NCBI GenBank assembly: GCA_041596215.1
Contig: JBFHIZ010000001.1
Coordinates: forward strand, 6,030 to 70,029
Direction of reading: 5' to 3'
DNA: 64,000 nucleotides
Source of the DNA: Lachnospiraceae bacterium
GTDB taxonomy: Bacteria; Bacillota; Clostridia; Lachnospirales; Lachnospiraceae
Each line of letters begins with the position of its first letter. Position 1 is the first letter of the stretch. The translations under genes and the position numbers were made by a program. Shown one piece after another: positions 20,144 to 29,326 of this stretch. Below the pieces are notes generated by a model that was given only the letters and a program-made list of their open reading frames with translations, searched no databases and was not told the origin of the DNA.

Positions 20144-20203
20144 ACCTATAATTTAATGTGGTAGAGAATTAGCACGTTACCACGGTAAAGTGAAGGAGGC
20201 AAT

Positions 20204-21490
20204 ATGCAAAAAAATTTAATACACACACCTGAAGGTGTCCGAGATACTTATGGTCTCGAACTTAGAAAAAAGAGAAGTGTTATGCATCAAATTAAAAAAC
20301 AATTTCGTTCCTATGGTTATATGGAAATAGAGACACCTACTTTCGAATTTTTTGATGTTTTTTCAAAAGAAATTGGAACGATACCCTCCAATGAATTATT
20401 TAAATTTTTTGATAAAGAAGGGAATACTCTTGTTTTACGCCCTGATTTCACACCATCCATGGCTCGTTGTGCAACCAAATATTTTATGCATGAATCATTA
20501 CCAATTCGGTTTTCCTATGCAGGAAATACATTTAAAAACAAAAACGAATTACAAGGTAAATTAAAAGAAAATACGGAACTAGGTGTCGAATGCATCGGAG
20601 ATCCTTTTGTAGAGTCTGATGTGGAAATGATATGTTTATTGATTGACACTTTAAAAAATATAGGCATTGAAGATTTTCAAATAAGTATTGGGCAAGTCGA
20701 ATTTTTTAAGGGACTCTGTGAAGAAGCTGGGCTTGATAGTACAACAGAAGATTTGTTAAGAACCTATATTTCAAACAAAAATTTTTTTGGAGTAGAAGAA
20801 TTACTAAACGAAAAACAAATTAATGAAGAAATTAAAGATATAATTATTCATATCTCGGATATGTTTGGAAGTATTGAATCCTTAGAGCAATCAAAAATTA
20901 AAATCAAAAACAAACGTGTACAAAATGCTATTTTGAATCTTGAAAAAATTAACCAAGTTCTTGTTTCTTGTAATAAAGAAAAATATATTTCTTATGATTT
21001 AGGGATGCTAAGTAAATACAACTATTATACGGGAATTATATTTGAAGCATATACCTATGGAGTTGGAGATGCCATTGCAAAAGGTGGAAGATACAATTCC
21101 TTATTGCAGCATTTTGGAAAAGATTCTCCTGCAATAGGTTTTGTTATTACCGTTGAAGATATTTTAAAGGCACTTAATCGTAAACAAATTGCATACGAAA
21201 CCGTTTCTAATTCCATTTTACTTTTATATGATAACGATTCCTATGTAACCTCCTTAACATTAGCTACTAAACTTCGTGATATGGGAATTAATGTACAGAT
21301 TAGTGCGATACAGTTCATGCATGAACTTTTATTAAATTCTGATAAACTTTCTGATTTGATGGAATCTAGACAAATAAGTGATCTATTTATTCTGAAAGGA
21401 AATGAAATTTCAAAAATTAATTCCAACACTTTGGAACAAATAACATATGAATTTGACGATATAATAGGAGTATATAATGAAAGAAAATAA
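20204..21490 (+). CDS. hisZ: ATP phosphoribosyltransferase regulatory subunit HisZ
   Basis: HisRS-like fold without an anticodon domain (GVRDTYG..., LRPDFTPS, RFSYAGNTF). Directly precedes the short-form hisG. Confidence 0.85.
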   Translation: MQKNLIHTPEGVRDTYGLELRKKRSVMHQIKKQFRSYGYMEIETPTFEFFDVFSKEIGTIPSNELFKFFDKEGNTLVLRPDFTPSMARCATKYFMHESLPIRFSYAGNTFKNKNELQGKLKENTELGVECIGDPFVESDVEMICLLIDTLKNIGIEDFQISIGQVEFFKGLCEEAGLDSTTEDLLRTYISNKNFFGVEELLNEKQINEEIKDIIIHISDMFGSIESLEQSKIKIKNKRVQNAILNLEKINQVLVSCNKEKYISYDLGMLSKYNYYTGIIFEAYTYGVGDAIAKGGRYNSLLQHFGKDSPAIGFVITVEDILKALNRKQIAYETVSNSILLLYDNDSYVTSLTLATKLRDMGINVQISAIQFMHELLLNSDKLSDLMESRQISDLFILKGNEISKINSNTLEQITYEFDDIIGVYNERK

Positions 21491-22121
21491 ATATTTAACT
21501 TTTGCACTAGGAAAAGGCAGATTGGCAAAAAAAACCATGGACCTTCTTTCGGAAATTGGAATCACTTGTGAAGAGATGAAAGATAAAGATTCAAGAAAGT
21601 TGATTTTTGTGAATGAAGAATTAAAGCTTAAATTTTTTCTTGCTAAAGGCCCTGATGTACCAACTTATGTAGAATATGGAGTTGCTGATATTGGAGTGGT
21701 TGGTAAAGATACCTTGATTGAAGAAAATAAAAAGGTATACGAAGTTCTTGATTTGGGATTTGGTGCTTGCCGTATGTGCGTGTGTGGTCCAGCCTCAGCA
21801 AAAACACTTTTAAAACATCATGAATTTATTCGTGTTGCCAGTAAATATCCAAGAATTGCAAAAGATTATTTTTATAATAAAAAACATCAAACCGTTGATA
21901 TTATAAAACTAAATGGCTCTGTTGAGCTAGGACCAATTGTTGGGCTTTCCGACGTCATCGTAGATATTGTTGAAACCGGTTCTACATTACATGAAAATGG
22001 ATTGGAAGTTTTAGAAGATATTTGCCCATTATCAGCCAGAATGATTGTAAATCAAGTAAGTATGACGCTAGAAAGTGAACGAATCACAAAAATCATTTCT
22101 GAAATCAGAAAACTTTTATAG
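21477..22121 (+). CDS. hisG: ATP phosphoribosyltransferase, short form
   Basis: LTFALGKGRL..., DIGVVGKD, and DIVETGSTL. 214 aa; overlaps the hisZ stop by 14 nt. Confidence 0.9.
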   Translation: MKENKYLTFALGKGRLAKKTMDLLSEIGITCEEMKDKDSRKLIFVNEELKLKFFLAKGPDVPTYVEYGVADIGVVGKDTLIEENKKVYEVLDLGFGACRMCVCGPASAKTLLKHHEFIRVASKYPRIAKDYFYNKKHQTVDIIKLNGSVELGPIVGLSDVIVDIVETGSTLHENGLEVLEDICPLSARMIVNQVSMTLESERITKIISEIRKLL

Positions 22122-22133
22122 AATGGAGAGCAT

Positions 22134-23429
22134 ATGAAAATTATATCTTTAGATGAACAATCAAAATTACATATATTAGATACGTTATTAAAAAGAAGTC
22201 CCAATAATCTATCTTCCTATGAAGATCGTGTAAAAGAAATTGTAAATGAAGTCAGAATGCATGGTGATCAAGCAATTTTTACTTATACAAAAAAATTTGA
22301 TGGTTTTTCACTTAATACTTCAAACATTCTTGTATCAAAAGATGAAATAGCAGAAGCATATTCTTTGCTAGATGAAGATTTTATTCGAATTATGAAAAAC
22401 TCCGCAAAAAATATTCGAAATTTTCATGAAAAACAAATGCATACAAGTTGGTTTGATACAAAAGAAAATGGTACCATGTTAGGGCAAAAAATGACGGCAA
22501 TTGAGCATGTTGGTGTCTATGTCCCAGGTGGAAAGGCTGCTTATCCATCTTCTACATTAATGAATATTATCCCAGCGAAAGTAGCTGGCGTACCAAATAT
22601 CGTAATGACCACACCACCAAATAATGAGGGAAAGGTTAACCCCGCAACCTTAGTTGCAGCTGATATTGCTGGCGTAACTAGTATATATAAAGTTGGTGGA
22701 GCACAAGCAATTGCTGCGCTAGCATTTGGAACGCAAACCATTCCTAAAGTCCATAAAATTGTTGGTCCTGGAAATATCTATGTTGCTTTAGCGAAAAAAG
22801 CTGTATATGGGCATGTAAGTATTGATTCCATTGCAGGTCCAAGTGAAATATTAATTATTGCTGACGAACAGGCAAATCCAAAATATATTGCTGCTGATTT
22901 GCTATCACAAGCAGAACATGATGAATTAGCAAGTGCAATTTGTATTACAACATCTATGGAACTAGCAAAAAAAATCAATAATGAAGTAGATGTATTTTTA
23001 CCTAAACTTGAGCGTAACGAAATTATTCAAAAATCCTTAGATAATTATGGTTATATTTTACATGTTGATTCTTTAAAGGAGGCAATCGATGTTGCCAATG
23101 AAATTGCTTCCGAGCATTTGGAATTGTTAGTATCAAATCCTTTCGAGGCGATGGCTAAAATTAAAAATGCAGGTGCAATTTTTCTTGGAGAATACTCTTC
23201 CGAACCTTTAGGTGATTATTTTGCAGGCCCTAATCATGTATTACCTACAAATGGAACTGCAAAATTCTTTTCCCCCTTAAATGTGGATGACTTCCGAAAG
23301 AAAACAAGTATTATTTATTATTCTAAAGAAGCGTTAGCCTGTGTGCATGATGATATTGAAACTTTTGCAAAAAAAGAAGGATTAACTGCACATGCAAATT
23401 CTATTCATGTTCGATTTGATTCGGAATAA
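22134..23429 (+). CDS. hisD: Histidinol dehydrogenase
   Basis: IAGPSEILIIAD, SQAEHD, and GDYFAGPNHVLPT. Confidence 0.9.
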   Translation: MKIISLDEQSKLHILDTLLKRSPNNLSSYEDRVKEIVNEVRMHGDQAIFTYTKKFDGFSLNTSNILVSKDEIAEAYSLLDEDFIRIMKNSAKNIRNFHEKQMHTSWFDTKENGTMLGQKMTAIEHVGVYVPGGKAAYPSSTLMNIIPAKVAGVPNIVMTTPPNNEGKVNPATLVAADIAGVTSIYKVGGAQAIAALAFGTQTIPKVHKIVGPGNIYVALAKKAVYGHVSIDSIAGPSEILIIADEQANPKYIAADLLSQAEHDELASAICITTSMELAKKINNEVDVFLPKLERNEIIQKSLDNYGYILHVDSLKEAIDVANEIASEHLELLVSNPFEAMAKIKNAGAIFLGEYSSEPLGDYFAGPNHVLPTNGTAKFFSPLNVDDFRKKTSIIYYSKEALACVHDDIETFAKKEGLTAHANSIHVRFDSE

Positions 23430-23440
23430 GGAGATTAACT

Positions 23441-24031
23441 ATGGATGTTAGAACTGGAAATATAAAAAGGAATACAAAAGAAACACAAATAACACTGACT
23501 TTAAACATTGATGGAAGTGGTAATTCTTCCATTGAAACTGGAATTGGTTTTTTTGATCATATGTTAGAAGGATTTACCAAACATGGTTTTTTTGATATGA
23601 CATTAAAAACACAAGGGGATTTGCATGTAGATTGCCATCATACTATAGAAGATACTGGTATTGCGCTAGGATCTGCAATCAAAGAAGCGATTGGGGATAA
23701 AAAAGGAATAAAACGATATGGAAGTTTTACCCTTCCCATGGATGATGCGCTTGTTATATGTGCAATTGATTTATGTGGCCGACCTTTTCTTTCTTTTGAT
23801 CATTGCTTTGCAAAAGAAACGGTTGGATATCTTGACACAGAAATGATTCGTGAATTCTTTTATGCAATTTCTTATTCAGCTGGAATGAATTTGCATATTA
23901 AAGTATTATCAGGAACGAATACTCATCATATCATTGAAGCAATGTTTAAAGCATTTGGCAAAGCATTAGATTATGCTACGATAATTGATGAACGTATTTC
24001 AGGAGTTTTAAGTACAAAAGGAATTTTATAG
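23441..24031 (+). CDS. hisB: Imidazoleglycerol-phosphate dehydratase
   Basis: RNTKETQI..., GIGFFDHML, DCHHTIEDTGIALG, and HHIIEA. Confidence 0.9.
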   Translation: MDVRTGNIKRNTKETQITLTLNIDGSGNSSIETGIGFFDHMLEGFTKHGFFDMTLKTQGDLHVDCHHTIEDTGIALGSAIKEAIGDKKGIKRYGSFTLPMDDALVICAIDLCGRPFLSFDHCFAKETVGYLDTEMIREFFYAISYSAGMNLHIKVLSGTNTHHIIEAMFKAFGKALDYATIIDERISGVLSTKGIL

Positions 24032-24040
24032 GAGAAAACT

Positions 24041-25324
24041 ATGCAAGAAAAAAAATTTATACCATGTATATATCTTAGTAAAGGAATGGCTGTAAAAAAT
24101 ACAATTAATCGGCAAGCTATTTCTATGAATCCATTAGAATTAGCCTTATCCTATACCACACAGGATACCGATGCTTTACTTATTTATGATTTATCTTCTA
24201 ATGATATAGAACATGAAGAAGCAATTCAAATCATAAAAAAAATTACTTCGAAAATAGAAGTGCCGGTACTTGCTGGTGGGAATATTCATAAAATGGAAGA
24301 TGTGAAAAAATTGCTTTATGCCGGTTGTTATCAAGCTGTATTAGATTATTCCATCCCATCGAATATTACCATCACTGAAGAAGTCTCAAAAAAATTTGGT
24401 AAAGAAAAAATTCTTATTCAAGTGGACTCGTTTACAATTTATGAAGAAAATAGAGAACTTATAAATACGTACGCAAATGAAGTGATTTTAAAAAATACTT
24501 CTGTAAATATTAATGAAACTTTTGAAACAACGATTCCTATACTTCTATTGCTACCAGAGATTTCCCTTGATAAACTATTCACCTTGCTTTCTTATGAATT
24601 CATATCAGGTATCACAGGTTCAATCATTAATGAAAATATCAAGACGTTATTTTCAATTAAATCGTTATGTAAAGAAAGAGGTATTTTAGTCAAACAATAT
24701 AGTGCCAAAATACCATGGTCGGAATTAAAAATAAATAGTGATGGATTAATACCTGTCGTAACACAGGATTATAAAACAAATGAAATATTAATGGTTGCTT
24801 ATATGAATGAAGAAGCCTATAATGCTACCATACGTTCTGGAAAAATGACATACTTTAGTAGAAGTAGGAATAAACTTTGGCTAAAAGGGGAGACAAGTGG
24901 ACATTTTCAATTTGTGAAAAGCCTTTATGCTGATTGTGATCAAGATACCTTACTTGCAAAAGTTTCTCAAATCGGTGTTGCCTGCCATACTGGTAGTTAC
25001 TCATGCTTTTTTCAAGAAATATTAAAAAAACCATATCGAGAAAAAAATCCATTACTTGTACTAGAAGATGTCTTTTCTGTAATTAATGATCGTAAAATTC
25101 ATCCAAAAGAAGGATCCTATACAAACTATTTGTTTGATAAAGGAATTGATAAAATATTAAAAAAACTAGGTGAAGAAGCAACAGAAATTGTAATTGCAGC
25201 CAAAAACCCTAATTCTGAAGAAATCAAATATGAAATTTCTGATTTTTTATATCATATGATGGTTTTAATGGCTGAAAAAAATGTTACATGGGAAGAAATA
25301 TCAAATGAACTTGCTTCAAGATAA
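24041..25324 (+). CDS. hisIE: Degenerate HisF/HisA-like barrel fused to HisI (PR-AMP cyclohydrolase) and HisE (PR-ATP pyrophosphatase)
   Basis: Residues ~225-325 are HisI (LWLKGETSGHFQ, DCDQDTLL, CHTGSYSCF). Residues ~335-427 are HisE (YTNYLFDKG, EEATE). Residues 1-215 are colinear with HisF, but IPCLDV is IPCIYL here. Confidence 0.75.
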   Translation: MQEKKFIPCIYLSKGMAVKNTINRQAISMNPLELALSYTTQDTDALLIYDLSSNDIEHEEAIQIIKKITSKIEVPVLAGGNIHKMEDVKKLLYAGCYQAVLDYSIPSNITITEEVSKKFGKEKILIQVDSFTIYEENRELINTYANEVILKNTSVNINETFETTIPILLLLPEISLDKLFTLLSYEFISGITGSIINENIKTLFSIKSLCKERGILVKQYSAKIPWSELKINSDGLIPVVTQDYKTNEILMVAYMNEEAYNATIRSGKMTYFSRSRNKLWLKGETSGHFQFVKSLYADCDQDTLLAKVSQIGVACHTGSYSCFFQEILKKPYREKNPLLVLEDVFSVINDRKIHPKEGSYTNYLFDKGIDKILKKLGEEATEIVIAAKNPNSEEIKYEISDFLYHMMVLMAEKNVTWEEISNELASR

Positions 25325-25344
25325 TAAATTTTGAAAGGAATACT

Positions 25345-27210
25345 ATGCAAAAATTAGCTCTATCAAATGATATCCTTATGCGGGTTGAAAAACCAGCAAG
25401 ATATATTGGTAATGAAATTAATATCGTAAAAAAAGACTTAAAACATGTGGCAATTCGTTTTGCCATGTGTTTTCCTGACGTATATGAAATTGGAATGTCG
25501 CACTTAGGAATCCAAATTCTATATCATATGTTTAATCAAATGGAGGATGTTTGGTGCGAACGAGTTTATTCTCCCTGGGTGGATCTCGATCAAATCATGC
25601 GAGAGGAATCCATTCCTTTATTTGCACTTGAAAGCCAAGACCCCATTAAAAACTTTGATTTTCTTGGTATTACAATTCAATATGAAATGTGTTATACCAA
25701 CATATTGCAAATATTAGATTTATCAAACATTCCACTCCTTGCAATCAATCGAACAGAGGAGGACCCCATTGTCATTGGTGGTGGGCCGTGTGCCATTAAC
25801 CCGGAACCAATTGCCGATTTTTTTGATATTTTTTATATTGGGGAAGGAGAAACATCCTATGAGGAATTATTAGAAGTATACCGTATTTCAAAAGCAAATA
25901 AAGAAGATCGTTTAACTTTTTTAAAAAAAGCAGCAACAATTCCCGGCATCTATGTTCCAAGATTTTATGATGTATTTTATCATGAAGATGATACCATCAA
26001 AAAAATGATACCAAATATTCCTAATATACCTGAAAAAATCGAACGACAGGTAAAATCAGGCCTTTCGGATTCCGTTTATCCTTTGGCTCCAGTTGTTCCT
26101 TTTATTAAAGTTACTCAAGATCATTTAATGTTGGAAATTCAAAGAGGCTGTATTCGCGGTTGCCGTTTTTGTCAAGCAGGGCAAATATATCGTCCCGTTA
26201 GAGAAAAAGATTTACAAGTTTTAGCAGACCAAGCAAAAACCATGTTAAAAAATACTGGTCATGAAGAAATCACGCTTACTTCCTTAAGTTCAAGTGATTA
26301 TTCCAATCTAAAAGAATTGGTTGATTTGATTCTTGAACATGGAAAAGAAGATCATGTAAATGTATCTTTACCCTCCTTAAGAATTGATTCTTTTTCTTTA
26401 GATATTATGAACAAAATACAAGATATTCGTAAAAGTTCTTTAACCTTTGCACCAGAAGCAGGATCACAAAGATTACGAAATGTGATAAATAAAGGGCTTA
26501 CGGAAGAGAACATACTTTCAGGTGCAAAAGAAGCGTTTCTTGGTGGATGGTCCCGTGTAAAATTATATTTTATGCTTGGATTACCAACAGAAACCGATGC
26601 CGATATTAAAGAAATTGCTGCTTTGGCAAATAAAGTGGCTGCTGAGTTTTTTGAAGCAGTTCCAAAAGAAAATCGAACAAATGGAAAGGTGAAAATTGTA
26701 GTAAGTACTTCTTTCTTTATTCCAAAACCGTTTACCCCTTTTCAATGGGCAAAACAAGCTACAAAAGAAGAATTTTTAAATAAAGCGTTTCTTACAAGGA
26801 CCTCCATCATGAAAGAATTAAATCAAAAAAGTATAAAATATAATTGGCATGAAGCAGACGCAAGTGTATTAGAAGGTGTGCTTGCAAGAGGAGACCGTAG
26901 AATCAGTTCAATTATCCTAAATGTATATAAAAAAGGATGCATATATGATGCATGGACCGAACATTTCAAAAATGATTTATGGATAGAAGCCTTTGAAGAA
27001 GAAAACCTTTCCATACCTTTTTACACAACAAGAGAACGTAACTTAGATGAAATCTTTCCTTGGGACTTTATTGATTGTGGTGTAACCAAAGAATTTCTTA
27101 AACAAGAATGGAAATATGCCTTACAAGAAAGAATTACTCCTAATTGTAGAGAAGAATGTCAAAATTGTGGCGCTAGAAAATACAAAGGAGGTGTCTGCTA
27201 TGAAAATTAG
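25345..27210 (+). CDS. Radical SAM protein, TIGR03960-type (function unknown)
   Basis: Cx3Cx2C (CIRGCRFC, nt 26149-26172). 621 aa. Followed by a DUF2344-type partner. Confidence 0.7.
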   Translation: MQKLALSNDILMRVEKPARYIGNEINIVKKDLKHVAIRFAMCFPDVYEIGMSHLGIQILYHMFNQMEDVWCERVYSPWVDLDQIMREESIPLFALESQDPIKNFDFLGITIQYEMCYTNILQILDLSNIPLLAINRTEEDPIVIGGGPCAINPEPIADFFDIFYIGEGETSYEELLEVYRISKANKEDRLTFLKKAATIPGIYVPRFYDVFYHEDDTIKKMIPNIPNIPEKIERQVKSGLSDSVYPLAPVVPFIKVTQDHLMLEIQRGCIRGCRFCQAGQIYRPVREKDLQVLADQAKTMLKNTGHEEITLTSLSSSDYSNLKELVDLILEHGKEDHVNVSLPSLRIDSFSLDIMNKIQDIRKSSLTFAPEAGSQRLRNVINKGLTEENILSGAKEAFLGGWSRVKLYFMLGLPTETDADIKEIAALANKVAAEFFEAVPKENRTNGKVKIVVSTSFFIPKPFTPFQWAKQATKEEFLNKAFLTRTSIMKELNQKSIKYNWHEADASVLEGVLARGDRRISSIILNVYKKGCIYDAWTEHFKNDLWIEAFEEENLSIPFYTTRERNLDEIFPWDFIDCGVTKEFLKQEWKYALQERITPNCREECQNCGARKYKGGVCYEN

Positions 27211-27901
27211 AGTGAAATTTTCAAAACATGGAGCAATCCGTTATATTGGGCATTTAGATATGATGCGTTACTTTCAAAAAGCAATCCGTAGAAGTGCTAT
27301 TCCTGTTGCATACACCAATGGATTCAATCCACATCAAAGATTAGCATTTGCACAACCTCTTGGTGTTGGAATTGAAAGCGATGGAGAGTATTTTGATTTA
27401 GAAGTAACCTCACAATTCGATAAAAACCAAATGATAGACTCATTGAATCAAACAATGGCTGATGGAATTAAAATACTTGATATGGTTCTATTACCTGAAA
27501 ATTCAAAAAATGCAATGGCATCAGTACAAGCCGCTTCTTATCATATTCGTTTTTTCCAAAATCATGAACCTAACTTTACCTGGAAAACAGAATTGTTTGA
27601 TTTTCTAAATACCGATCGCATAATTTATACAAAACAAACAAAAAAAAATACCGTTGAATTAAATCTGAAAGAATCTATTTATGACTTTCAAATTAAAGAT
27701 GACGGGTTTTATTTACTTTTAAATGCATCTAGTGGCGGAAATATTAAGCCCAAATATATTTTCGAGGCATTTTTTAAAGCATTATCTTTCCCCTTGGATC
27801 CATTTGCATTATTCGTTACAAGAATGGAAACATACGGCAAAATTGACGAACATGGAGTCTCTACTTTTGTTCCATTATCATTCTTTGGAGAAAATTTCTA
27901 A
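27200..27901 (+). CDS. TIGR03936/DUF2344 radical-SAM-associated protein
   Basis: MKIRVKFSKHGAIRYIGHLDMMRYFQKAIRR is a typical family N-terminus. The ATG at 27200 follows AAGGAGG and overlaps the upstream stop by 11 nt; the listed 27116 start is an overextension. Confidence 0.7.
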   Translation: MKIRVKFSKHGAIRYIGHLDMMRYFQKAIRRSAIPVAYTNGFNPHQRLAFAQPLGVGIESDGEYFDLEVTSQFDKNQMIDSLNQTMADGIKILDMVLLPENSKNAMASVQAASYHIRFFQNHEPNFTWKTELFDFLNTDRIIYTKQTKKNTVELNLKESIYDFQIKDDGFYLLLNASSGGNIKPKYIFEAFFKALSFPLDPFALFVTRMETYGKIDEHGVSTFVPLSFFGENF

Positions 27902-29094
27902 TGAAAAGAATATTAATTACAAAATATAATAATCAAATATTAACTGCTTTATTGGAAAATGGAATTTTTTATGAAATAATTCTCTCGAATCCTAACACTT
28001 CAATTATTGGCAACATATATGTTGGAAGAATAGAACGAAAACTAAAAAATATTCATTCTTTTTTTGTTTCATATGGCTTAAACAAAACGGCATATCTTTC
28101 AGAAGAAGATTGTAAACAACCGATTGTTCTTATGTCTCCTTCTCATAAAAATTCGTTGGTTGAAGGTTCTCTCGTTTTAGTTCAAATCACAAAAGAAGGA
28201 ATTAAAACAAAAGATCCAACCGTTACAACAAATATTTCATTGCAAGGAAAATATTGTGTTATTGTAAATAACGAAAAAAAACTTCGTTTTTCTTCAAAAC
28301 TAACCAAACGAAAACGTATAGAATTACAGCAAGAATTGAACCTATCTAGCACGAAAGATTTTGGCATTCTTATTCGTACAAGTGCTATTAGATTAGATAA
28401 ATCATCCTATTATTTAATTTCTGATGAAATAGAATTTTTGTCAGAAAAAATGCACACCATTTTAAACACTTCCAAAGCTTTAAAAGCACACACAATGGTG
28501 TATAAAGAAAAAGATAGTCATCTTTTAAAAATTAGGGATTTGGATTTAAATGAATTCGAAAAAATAATTACCGATGATTTGCTTATTTACAATCAACTTT
28601 CGGACTATTTAGATATATATTTCAAAAAAAACATACACAAAATAGCTCTTTACAACGATCCAGATTACACCTTATATAAGCTATATCAAATAGAAAAAGA
28701 GATTCATGCTCTTCAAAATAAAATAGTATATCTTAAAAATGGATCCAGTTTATATATTGAACAAACAGAAGCTATGCATATTATTGATGTAAATACTGGG
28801 AATGCAACAAAAGGAAAAGAAAGAGAAGAAACCTTTTATCAAACAAACATCCTTGCTGCAAAAGAAATAGGAAGACAAATTCGATTACGAAATCTGTCAG
28901 GAATTATTATTATTGATTTTATAAATATGAAAGATAGAAATAATACGGAAAATTTAATTTCTTTTCTAATTAATATTATTAATAAAGATCCCATAAAAAC
29001 GCAATTTATTGACATAACAAAACTTGGATTAATTGAACTTACAAGAAAGCGAACGTTACCAACTTTAAAAGAACAAATTTTTGACACCTATTAA
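27901..29094 (+). CDS. rng: Ribonuclease E/G family protein (RNase G-like)
   Basis: S1-like N-terminus (GNIYVGRIERKL), HIIDVNTG, and IIIIDFINM. The start overlaps the upstream stop (TAATG). Confidence 0.75.
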   Translation: MKRILITKYNNQILTALLENGIFYEIILSNPNTSIIGNIYVGRIERKLKNIHSFFVSYGLNKTAYLSEEDCKQPIVLMSPSHKNSLVEGSLVLVQITKEGIKTKDPTVTTNISLQGKYCVIVNNEKKLRFSSKLTKRKRIELQQELNLSSTKDFGILIRTSAIRLDKSSYYLISDEIEFLSEKMHTILNTSKALKAHTMVYKEKDSHLLKIRDLDLNEFEKIITDDLLIYNQLSDYLDIYFKKNIHKIALYNDPDYTLYKLYQIEKEIHALQNKIVYLKNGSSLYIEQTEAMHIIDVNTGNATKGKEREETFYQTNILAAKEIGRQIRLRNLSGIIIIDFINMKDRNNTENLISFLINIINKDPIKTQFIDITKLGLIELTRKRTLPTLKEQIFDTY

Positions 29095-29130
29095 TTCAAG
29101 GAAATCTATCTATATGAGATTTCCTTGAAT
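29094..29130 (+). terminator. Hairpin, probable terminator after rng
   Basis: ATTCAAGGAAATCT / 9-nt loop / AGATTTCCTTGAAT. The T-tail is interrupted. Confidence 0.5.
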
Positions 29131-29326
29131 TATGTTTCTATTTGAAAATTAATAAAAATTTTACAAAAAAATCCCCTAAATGGATTCAATATATGCTAAG
29201 ATTTTCAAGTGAATTTATTTATATAGGTTTTTGCGAGTTATATGCTTTAACAGATTAAAAGAGAAGCATTATAAATTCATTTACTAGAACAACTAATTCT
29301 TACTAACTTATTAAAGGAGAACAATA

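Noticed and set aside
20119-20203. T-box or attenuator riboswitch upstream of hisZ (and likewise 32755..32881 upstream of the liv operon)
   Set aside because: The leaders are only about 55-85 nt. There is no T-box consensus, no specifier-loop architecture, and no terminator/antiterminator pair.
27116-27199. Listed upstream start of the DUF2344 ORF
   Set aside because: It lies in an alternative frame inside the radical SAM gene. The family-typical N-terminus MKIRVKFSK begins at 27200, after AAGGAGG.
29160-29210. Sigma-D/FliA-type promoter (TAAA-N15-GCCGATAT) upstream of the MCP gene
   Set aside because: The best candidate, TAAA-N14-GCTAAGAT, matches only 5 of 8 positions in the -10 element. 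That is not convincing without a transcription start.
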